Assembly: GCF_039654945.1 (NCBI RefSeq)
Contig: NW_027361819.1
Span: 6,448,001-6,512,000, forward strand
Reading direction: 5' to 3'
Source of the DNA: Dendrobates tinctorius
Lineage: Eukaryota
Length of the DNA: 64,000 nucleotides
The notes beneath the pieces were generated by a model, which saw only the letters and a program-made list of their open reading frames with translations, was not told where the DNA came from and ran no database searches. Below, one piece after another: positions 51,220 to 61,000 of the stretch; position 1 is the first letter of the stretch; every line of letters starts with the position of its first letter. The position numbers and the translations under genes were made by a program.

Positions 51220-51781
51220 GGTCAGTGCTCCGCAGCCCCCCGTTCCCCCCCCCGGTCAGTGCTCCGCAGCCCCCCGGTCAGTGCTCCGCAGCCCCCCGTT
51301 CCCCCCCCCGGTCAGTGCTCCGCAGCCCCCCGGTCAGTGCTCCGCAGCCCCCCGGTCCCCCGCCCGGTCAGTGCTCCGCAGCCCCCCGGTCAGTGCTCCG
51401 CAGCCCCCCGGTCCCCCGCCCGGTCAGTGCTCCGCAGCCCCCCGGTCAGTGCTCCGCAGCCCCCCGTTCCCCCCCCCCCGGTCAGTGCTCCGCAGCCCCC
51501 CGTTCCCCCCCCCGGTCAGTGCTCCGCAGCCCCCCGGTCAGTGCTCCGCAGCCCCCCGTTCCCCCCCCCCGGTCAGTGCTCCGCAGCCCCCCGGTCAGTG
51601 CTCCGCAGCCCCCCGTTCCCCCCCCCGGTCAGTGCTCCGCAGCCCCCCGGTCAGTGCTCCGCAGCCCCCCGTTCCCCCCCCCGGTCAGTGCTCCGCAGCC
51701 CCCCGGTCCCCCCCCCGGTCAGTGCTCCGCAGCCCCCCGTTCCCCCCCCCGGTCAGTGCTCCGCAGCCCCCCGTTCCCCCC
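51219..51781. repeat. C-rich ~23/35-bp minisatellite (GGTCAGTGCTCCGCAGCCCCCC[GTT-Cn])n
   Basis: It is directly visible and abuts the putative exon-1 splice donor. Confidence 0.93.
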
Positions 51782-51791
51782 GTGTCTGTAC

Positions 51792-51835
51792 CTCTCCTCT
51801 CCTCCCTTCTCTTCTCTTTCTCCTCAGTTTGCAGG
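51792..51835 (-). other. Putative non-coding exon 1 of gene A
   Basis: A purine-rich segment ends in the donor GAG|GTACAG at 51792/51791, immediately downstream of the promoter motifs. It could splice to the acceptor cccgcag|G at 47731. The TSS is approximate. Confidence 0.55.
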
Positions 51836-51920
51836 AAGCCGGAACAGAAAGTGAAAGTGCTGGCGCCGCCCCCCGCGCTGTGATTGGCGGAGACTTGTGC
51901 AGGAGGCGGAGCTTTCCCTG
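51836..51920 (-). promoter_or_regulatory. Gene A promoter: ISRE/IRF-E, GC box, CCAAT box, NF-kB-like site
   Basis: GAAAGTGAAAGT at 51847-51858; CCGCCC at 51866-51871; ATTGG (CCAAT on the minus strand) at 51883-51887; GGGAAAGCTCC (minus strand) at 51908-51918. Confidence 0.7.
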
Positions 51921-52083
51921 TGTCTGGTGACTGATACATTTGCATCCCGCAGCCGCTGTCTGATTAACCCTTCGCTCTCCGGTGTCAGCCTCCTCCGCCC
52001 TCACTGCGGCCTCTCCGGGTGATCAGCTCTGGTTTCTCCAGGAGATTTTAGATTTTTTATTGCTGATTTTACCTTTAAATACT

Positions 52084-55000
52084 GGAGGAGAGCGGTGCGG
52101 CCCCTGAGTGAGGAGAGCAGTGTGAGGAGAGTACTGCGGCCCCTGAGTGAGGAGAGCAGTGTGAGGAGAGTACTGCGGCCCCTGTGTGAGGAGAGCAGTG
52201 TGAGGAGAGTACTGCGGCCCCTGTGTGAGGAGAGCAGTGTGAGGAGAGTACTGCGGCCCCTGTGTGAGGAGAGCAGTGTGAGGAGAGTACTGCGGCCCCC
52301 GTGTGAGGAGAGCAGTGTGAGGAGAGTACTGCGGCCCCCGTGTGAGGAGAGCAGTGTGAGGAGAGCGGTGCGGCCCCCGTGTGAGGAGAGTACTGCGGCC
52401 CCCGTGTGAGGAGAGCAGTGTGAGGAGAGCAGTGTGAGGAGAGCAGTGTGAGGAGAGTACTGCGGCCCCTGTGTGAGGAGAGCAGTGTGAGGAGAGTACT
52501 GCGGCCCCTGTGTGAGGAGAGCAGTGTGAGGAGAGCGGTGCGGCCCCCGTGTGAGGAGAGCAGTGTGAGGAGAGCGGTGCGGCCCCCGTGTGAGGAGAGC
52601 AGTGTAAGGAGAGCAGTGCGGCCCCTGTGTGAGGTGAGCAGTGTGAGGAGAGCGGTGGGGCCCCCGTGTGGGGAGAGCAGTGTGAGGAGAGCAGTGTGGG
52701 AAGAGCGGTGCGGCCCCTGTGTGAGGAGAGCAGTGTGAGGAGAGTACTGCGGCCCCCGTGTGAGGAGAGCAGTGTGAGGAGAGTACTGCGGCCCCCGTGT
52801 GAGGAGAGCAGTGTGAGGAGAGTACTGCGGCCCCCGTGTGAGGAGAGCAGTGTGAGGAGAGTACTGTGGCCCCCGTGTGAGGAGAGCAGTGTGAGGAGAG
52901 TACTGTGGCCCCAGTGTGAGGAGAGCAGTGTGAGGAGAGCGGTGCGGCCCCTGTGTGAGGAGAGTACTGCAGCCCCCGTGTGAGGAGAGCAGCGTGAGGA
53001 GAGTACTGCGGCCCCAGTGTGAGGAGAGCGGTGCGGCCCCCGTGTGAGGAGAGCGGTGTGAGGAGAGCGGTGCGGCCCCCGTGTGAGGAGAGCGGTGCGG
53101 CCCCCGTGTGGGGAGAGCAGTGTGAGGAGAGCAGTGTGAGGAGAGCGGTGCGGCCCCCGTGTGAGGAGAGCAGTGTGGGGAGAGCGGTGCGGCCCCCGTG
53201 TGGGGAGAGCAGTGTGGGGAGAGCGGTGCGGCCCCCGTGTGAGGAGAGCAGTGTGGGGAGAGCGGTGCGGCCCCCTTGTGAGGAGAGCAGTGTGGGGAGA
53301 GCGGTGCGGCCCCCGTGTGAGGAGAGCAGTGTGGGGAGAGCGGTGCGGCCCCCGTGTGAGGAGAGCAGTGTGGGGAGAGCGGTGCGGCCCCCGTGTGAGG
53401 AGAGCAGTGTGGGGAGAGCGGTGCGGCCCCCGTGTGGGGAGAGCGGTGCGGCCCCCGTGTGGGGAGAGCAGTGTGGCCCCCGTGTGGGGAGAGCAGTGTG
53501 AGGAGAGCGGTGGGGCCCCCGTGTGGGGAGAGCAGTGTGAGGAGAGCGGTGGGGCCCCCGTGTGGGGAGAGCAGTGTGAGTAGAGCGGTGCGGCCCCCGT
53601 GTGGGGAGAGCAGTGTGAGGAGAGCGGTGCGGCCCCCGTGTGAGGAGAGCAGTGTGAGGAGAGCAGTGTGAGGAGAGAGGTGGGGCCCCCGTGTGGGGAG
53701 AGCAGTGTGAGTAGAGCGGTGCGGCCCCCGTGTGGGGAGAGCAGTGTGAGGAGAGCGGTGCGGCCCCCGTGTGAGGAGAGCAGTGTGAGGAGAGCGGTGC
53801 GGCCCCCGTGTGAGGAGAGCAGTGTGAGGAGAGCGGTGCGGCCCCCGTGTGAGGAGAGCAGTGTGAGGAGAGCGGTGCGGCCCCCGTGTGAGGAGAGCAG
53901 TGTGGGGAGAGCAGTGTGAGGAGAGCGGTGCGGCCCCCGTGTGAGGAGAGCAGTGCGGCCCCCGTGTGAGGGGAGCAGTGTGAGGAGAGCGGTGTGAGGA
54001 GAGCGGTGCGGCCCCCGTGTGAGGAGAGCAGTGCGGCCCCCGTGTGAGGGGAGCAGTGTGAGGAGAGCGGTGTGAGGAGAGCGGTGCGGCCCCTGTGTGA
54101 GGAGAGCAGTGTGAGGAGAGCGGTGCGGCCCCTGTGTGAGGAGAGCAGTGTGGGGAGAGCGGTGGGGCCCCCGTGTGGGGAGAGCAGTGTGAGGAGAGCG
54201 GTGCGGCCCCTGTGTGAGGAGAGCAGTGCGAGGAGAGCGGTGCGGCCCCCGTGTGAGGAGAGCGGTGCGGCCCCCGTGTGAGGAGAGCGGTGCGGCCCCC
54301 GTGTGAGGAGAGCGGTGCGGCCCCCGTGTGAGGAGAGCGGTGCGGCCCCCGTATGAGGAGAGCAGTGCGGCCCCTGTGTGGGGAGAGCAGTGTGAGGAGA
54401 GCGGTGGGGCCCCCGTGTGGGGAGAGCAGTGTGAGGAGAGCAGTGCGGCCCCCGTGTGGGGAGAGCAGTGTGAGGAGAGCAGTGTGAGGATAGCGGTGGG
54501 GCCCCCGTGTGGGGAGAGCAGTGTGAGGAGAGCAGTGCGGCCCCTGTGTGGGGAGAGCCGTGTGAGAAGAGCGGTGTGGCCCCCGTGTGAGGAGAGCGGT
54601 GAGAGGAGAGCGGTGCGGCCCCCGTGTGAGGAGAGCAGTGCGGCCCCCGTGTGAGGAGAGCAGTGTGAGGAGAGCGGTGCGGCCCCCGTGTGACGAGAGC
54701 AGTGTGAGGAGAGCGGTGCGGCCCCGTGTGAGGAGAGCAGTGTGAGGAGAGCGGTGCGGCCCCTGTGTGAGGAGAGCAATGTGGCCCCCGTGTGAGGAGA
54801 GCAGTGGGAGGAGAGCGGTGCGGCCCCTGTGTGAGGAGAGCGGTGTGAGGAGAGCGGTGCGGCCCCTGTGTGAGGAGAGCGGTGCGGCCCCTGTGTGAGG
54901 AGAGCGGTGCGGCCCCTGTGTGAGGAGAGCGGTGCGGCCCCTGTGTGAGGAGAGCAGTGTGGGGAGAGCTCTGTGAGGAGAGCAGTGCGGCCCCTGTGTG

Positions 55001-58000
55001 AGGAGAGCAGTGTGAGGAGAGTGGTGCGGCCCCCGTGTGAGGAGAGCAGTGTGAGGAGAGCGGTGCGGCCCCCGTGTGAGGAGAGCAGTGTGAGGAGAGC
55101 AGTGCGGCCCCTGTGTGAGGTGAGCAGTGTGAGGAGAGCGGTGGGGCCCCCGTGTGGGGAGAGCAGTGTGGGGAGAGCGGTGCGGCCCCTGTGTGAGGAG
55201 AGCAGTGTGGGGAGAGCTCTGTGAGGAGAGCGGTGCGGCCCCGTGTGAGGAAAGCAGTGCGGCCCCTGTGTGAGGAGAGCAGTGTGAGGAGAGCGGTGCG
55301 GCCCCCGTGTGAGGAGAGCAGTGTGAGGAGAGCTGTGCGGCCCCCGTGTGAGGAGAGCAGTGTGAGGAGAGCAGTGCGGCCCCTGTGTGAGGTGAGCAGT
55401 GTGAGGAGAGCGGTGGGGCCCCCGTGTGGGGAGAGCAGTGTGGGGAGAGCGGTGCGGCCCCTGTGTGAGGAGAGCAGTGTGGGAAGAGCGGTGCGGCCCC
55501 TGTGTGAGGAGAGCAGTGTGAGGAGAGTACTGCGGCCCCCGTGTGAGGAGAGCAGTGTGAGGAGAGTACTGCGGCCCCCGTGTGAGGAGAGCAGTGTGAG
55601 GAGAGTACTGCGGCCCCAGTGTGAGGAGAGCAGTGTGAGGAGAGCGGTGCGGCCCCTGTGTGAGGAGAGTACTGCAGCCCCCGTGTGAGGAGAGCAGCGT
55701 GAGGAGAGTACTGCGGCCCCAGTGTGAGGAGAGCAGTGTGAGGAGAGCAGTGTGAGGAGAGCGGTGTGAGGAGAGCTGTGCGGCCCCCGTGTGAGGAGAG
55801 CAGTGTGAGGAGAGCGGTGCGGCCCCCGTGTGGGGAGAGCAGTGTGAGGAGAGCGGTGCGGCCCCCGTGTGGGGAGAGCAGTGTGAGGAGAGCGGTGCGG
55901 CCCCCGTGTGAGGAGAGCAGTGTGGGGAGAGCGGTGCGGCCCCCGTGTGAGGAGAGCAGTGTGGGGAGAGCAGTGTGGGGAGAGCAGTGCGGCCCCCGTG
56001 TGAGGAGAGCTGTGTGGGGAGAGCGGTGCGGCCCCCGTGTGAGGAGAGCAGTGTGGGGAGAGCGGTGCGGCCCCCGTGTGAGAAGAGCAGTGTGGGGAGA
56101 GCGGTGCGGCCCCCGTGTGAGGAGAGCAGTTTGGGGAGAGCGGTGCGGCCCCCGTGTCAGGAGAGCAGTGTGGGGAGAGCGGTGCGGCCCCCGTGTGGGG
56201 AGAGCAGTGTGGGGAGAGCGGTGGGGCCCCCGTGTGGGGAGAGCAGTGTGAGGAGAGCGGTGCGGCCCCCGTGTAGGGAGAGCAGTGTGAGGAGAGCGGT
56301 GGGGCCCCCGTGTGGGGAGAGCAGTGTGAGTAGAGCGGTGGGGCCCCCGTGTGGGGAGAGCAGTGTGAGGAGAGCGGTGCGGCCCCCGTGTGAGGAGAGC
56401 AGTGTGGGGAGAGCGGTGCGGCCCCCGTGTGAGGAGAGCAGTGTGAGGAGAGCGGTGCGGCCCCCGTGTGAGGAGAGCAGTGTGGGGAGAGCGGTGCGGC
56501 CCCCGTGTGGGGAGAGCAGTGTGGGGAGAGCGGTGCGGCCCCCGTGTGGGGAGAGCAGTGTGAGGAGAGCGGTGGGGCCCCCGTGTGGGGAGAGCAGTGT
56601 GAGGAGAGCGGTGGGGCCCCCGTGTGGGGAGAGCAGTGTGAGGAGAGCGGTGCGGCCCCTGTGTGGGGAGAGCAGTGTGAGGAGAGAGGTGGGGCCCCCG
56701 TGTGGGGAGAGCAGTGTGAGTAGAGCGGTGCGGCCCCCGTGTGGGGAGAGCAGTGTGAGGAGAGCGGTGTGGCCCCCGTGTGAGGAGAGCAGTGTGAGGA
56801 GAGAGGTGGGGAGAGCAGTGTGAGTAGAGCGGTGCGGCCCCCGTGTGGGGAGAGCAGTGTGAGGAGAGCGGTGCGGCCCCCGTGTGAGGAGAGCAGTGTG
56901 AGGAGAGCGGTGCGGCCCCCGTGTGAGGAGAGCAGTGTGAGGAGAGCGGTGCGGCCCCCTTGTGAGGAGAGCAGTGTGGGGAGAGCGGTGGGGCCCCCGT
57001 GTGGGGAGAGCAGTGTGAGGAGAGCAGTGTGAGGAGAGCGGTACGGCCCCTGTGTGAGGAGAGCAGTGTGAGGAGAGCAGTGCGGCCCCCGTGTGAGGAG
57101 AGCAGTGTGAGGAGAGCGGTGGGGCCCCCGTGTGAGGAGAGCAGTGGGAGGAGAGCGGTGGGACCCCCGTATGAGGAGAGCAGTGTGGGGAGAGCGGTGC
57201 GGCCCCCGTGTGAGGAGAGCAGTGCGGCCCCTGTGTGGGGAGAGCGGTGGGGCCCCCGTGTGAGGAGAGCAGTGTGGGGAGAGCGGTGGGACCCCCGTAT
57301 GAGGAGAGCAGTGTGGGGAGAGCGGTGCGGCCCCCGTGTGAGGAGAGCAGTGTGAGGAGAGCGGTGCGGCCCCCGTGTGACGAGAGCAGTGTGAGGAGAG
57401 CGGTGTGAGGAGAGCGGTGCGGCCCCGTGTGAGGAGAGCAGTGTGAGGAGAGCGGTGCGGCCCCTGTGTGAGGAGAGCAGTGTGAGGAGAGCGGTGCGGC
57501 CCCTGTGTGAGGAGAGCAGTGTGAGGAGAGCGGTGCGGCCCCTGTGTGAGGAGAGCAATGTGAGGAGAGCAGTGTGGCTCCTGTGTGGGGAGAGCGGTGC
57601 AGCCCCCCTGTGAGGAGAGCAATGTGAGGAGAGCAGTGCGGCCCCCGTGTGAGGAGAGCAGTGTGAGGAGAGCGGTGCGGCCCCCGTGTGACGATAGCAG
57701 TGTGAGGAGAGCGGTGCGGCCCCGTGTGAGGAGAGCAGTGTGAGGAGAGCGGTGCGGCCCCTGTGTGAGGAGAGCAGTGTGAGGAGAGCGGTGCGGCCCC
57801 TGTGTGAGGAGAGCAGTGTGAGGAGAGCAGTGCGGCCCCTGTGTGAGGTGAGCAGTGTGGGGAGAGCTGTGCGGACTCTGTGTGAGGAGAGCAGTGTGAG
57901 GAGAGCGGTGCGGCCCCTGTGTGAGGAGAGCGGTGCGGCCCCTGTGTGAGGAGAGCGGTGCGGCCCCTGTGTGAGGAGAGCAATGTGAGGAGAGCAGTGT

Positions 58001-61000
58001 GGCTCCTGTGTGGGGAGAGCGGTGCAGCCCCCCTGTGAGGAGAGCAATGTGAGGAGAGCAGTGCGGCTCCTGTGTGGGGAGAGCAGTGCGGCTCCTGTGT
58101 GGGGAGAGCAGTGCGGCTCCTGTGTGGGGAGAGCAGTGCGGCTCCTGTGTGGGGAGAGCAGTGCGGCTCCTGTGTGGGGAGAGCAGTGCGGCTCCTGTGT
58201 GGGGAGAGCAGTGCGGCTCCTGTGTGGGGAGAGCAGTGCGGCTCCTGTGTGGGGAGAGCAGTGCGGCCCCTGTGTGGGGAGAGCGGTGGGGCCCCCGTGT
58301 GAGCAGAGCAGTGTGGGGAGAGCGGTGGGACCCCCGTATGAGGAGAGCAGTGTGGGGAGAGCGGTGGGGCCCCCGTGTGAGGAGAGCAGTGCGGCCCCTG
58401 TATGAGGAGAGCAGTGTGAGGAGAGCGGTGCGGCCCCCGTGGGAGGAGAGCGGTGCGGCCCCCGTGTGAGGAGAGCGGTGTGGCCCCCGTGTGAGGAGAG
58501 CAGTGTGAGGAGAGCGGTGCGGCCCCCGTGTGAGGAGAGCAGTGTGAGGAGAGCGGTGCGGCCCCGGTGTGAGGAGAGCAGTGTGGGGAGAGCGGTGGGG
58601 CCCCCGTGTGGGGAGAGCAGTGTGAGGAGAGCAGTGTGAGGAGAGCGGTGCGGCCCCGGTGTGAGGAGAGCAGTGTGGGGAGAGCGGTGGGGCCCCCGTG
58701 TGGGGAGAGCAGTGTGAGGAGAGCAGTGTGAGGAGAGCGGTGCGGCCCCTGTGTGAGGAGAGCAGTGTGAGGAGAGCAGTGTGAGGAGAGCGGTGCGGCC
58801 CCCGTGTGAGGAGAGCAGTGTGAGGAGAGCGGTGCGGCCCCTGTGTGAGGAGAGCAGTGTGAGGAGAGCAGTGTGAGGAGAGCGGTGCGGCCCCCGTGTG
58901 AGGAGAGCAGTGTGAGGAGAGCGGTGCGGCCCCCGTGTGAGGAGAGCAGTGTGAGGAGAGCGGTGCGGCCCCCGTGTGAGGAGAGCAGTGTGAGGAGAGC
59001 GGTGCGGCCCCCGTGTGAGGAGAGCAGTGTGAGAGCGGTGGGGCCCCCGTGTGAGGAGAGCAGTGGGAGGAGAGCGGTGCGGCCCCCGTGTGAGGAGAGC
59101 AGTGTGAGGAGAGCGGTGCGGCCCCCGTGTGAGGAGAGCAGTGTGAGGAGAGCGGTGCTGCCCCCGTGTGAGGAGAGCAGTGTGAGGAGAGCGGTGCGGC
59201 CCCGGTGTGAGGAGAGCAGTGTGGGGAGAGCGGTGGGGCCCCCGTGTGGGGAGAGCAGTGTGAGGAGAGCAGTGTGAGGAGAGCGGTGCGGCCCCCGTGT
59301 GTGGAGAGCAGTGTGAGGAGAGCGGTGCGGCCCCTGTGTGAGGAGAGCGGTGCGGCCCCTGTGTGAGGAGAGCGGTGCGGCCCCTGTGTGAGGAGAGCGG
59401 TGCGGCCCCTGTGTGAGGAGAGCGGTGCGGCCCCCGTGTGAGGAGAGCGGTGCGGCCCCCGTGTGAGGAGAGCGGTGCGGCCCCCGTATGAGGAGAGCAG
59501 TGCGGCCCCTGTGTGGGGAGAGCAGTGTGAGGAGAGCGGTGGGGCCCCCGTGTGGGGAGAGCAGTGTGAGGAGAGCAGTGCGGCCCCCGTGTGGGGAGAG
59601 CAGTGTGAGGAGAGCGGTGGGGCCCCTGTGTGAGGAGAGCAGTGTGAGGAGAGCAGTGCGGCCCCTGTGTGAGGTGAGCAGTGTGAGGAGAGCGGTGGGG
59701 CCCCCGTGTGGGGAGAGCTGTGCGGCCTCTGTGTGAGGAGAGCAGTGTGAGGAGAGCGGTGCGGCCCCTGTGTGAGGAGAGCAGTGTGAGGAGAGCGGTG
59801 CGGCCCCTGTGTGAGGAGAGCGGTGCGGCCCCTGTGTGTGGAGAGCAATGTGAGGAGAGCAGTGTGGCTCCTGTGTGGGGAGAGCGGTGCAGCCCCCCTG
59901 TGAGGAGAGCAATGTGAGGAGAGCAGTGTGGCTCCTGTGTGGGGAGAGCAGTGCGGCTCCTGTGTGGGGAGAGCAGTGCGGCCCCTGTGTGGGGAGAGCG
60001 GTGGGGCCCCCGTGTGGGGAGAGCGGTGGGACCCCCGTATGAGGAGAGCAGTGTGGGGAGAGCGGTGGGGCCCCCGTGTGAGGAGAGCAGTGCGGCCCCT
60101 GTATGAGGAGAGCAGTGTGAGGAGAGCGGTGGGGCCCCCGTGTGAGGAGAGCAGTGGGAGGAGAGCGGTGCGGCCCCCGTGTGAGGAGAGCAGTGTGAGG
60201 AGAGCGGTGCGGCCCCCGTGTGAGGAGAGCAGTGTGAGGAGAGCGGTGCGGCCCCGGTGTGAGGAGAGCAGTGTGGGGAGAGTGGTGGGGCCCCCGTGTG
60301 GGGAGAGCAGTGTGAGGAGAGCAGTGTGAGGAGAGCGGTGCGGCCCCTGTGTGAGGAGAGCAGTGTGAGGAGAGCAGTGCGGCCCCCGTGTGAGGAGAGC
60401 AGTGTGAGGAGAGCGGTGCGGCCCCCGTGTTTGGAGAGCAGTGTGAGGAGAGCAGTGCGGCCCCTGTGTGAGGTGAGCAGTGTGGGGAGAGCTGTGCGGC
60501 CTCTGTGTGAGGAGAGCAGTGTGAGGAGAGCGGTGCGGCCCCTGTGTGAGGAGAGCAGTGTGAGGAGAGCGGTGCGGCCCCTGTGTGAGGAGAGCGGTGC
60601 GGCCCCTGTGTGAGGAGAGCAATGTGAGGAGAGCAGTGTGGCTCCTGTGTGGGGAGAGCGGTGCAGCCCCCCTGTGAGGAGAGCAATGTGAGGAGAGCAG
60701 TGTGGCTCCTGTGTGGGGAGAGCGGTGCAGCCCCCCTGTGAGGAGAGCAATGTGAGGAGAGCAGTGTGGCTCCTGTGTGGGGAGGGCAGTGCGGCTCCTG
60801 TGTGGGGAGGGCAGTGCGGCTCCTGTGTGGGGAGAGCAGTGCGGCTCCTGTGTGGGGAGAGCAGTGCGGCCCCTGTGTGGGGAGAGCGGTGGGGCCCCCG
60901 TGTGAGGAGAGCAGTGTGAGGAGAGCGGTGCGGCCCCTGTGTGAGGAGAGCAGTGCGAGGAGAGCGGTGCGGCCCCCGTGTGAGGAAAGCGGTGCGGCCC

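Noticed and set aside
48521-51930. 860-1126-aa Pro-rich or Gly-rich ORFs (SPSYPYTP, superficially like the Pol II CTD or extensin)
   Set aside because: They are open in all six frames, and the frames interchange with poly-C length. This is an intronic minisatellite.
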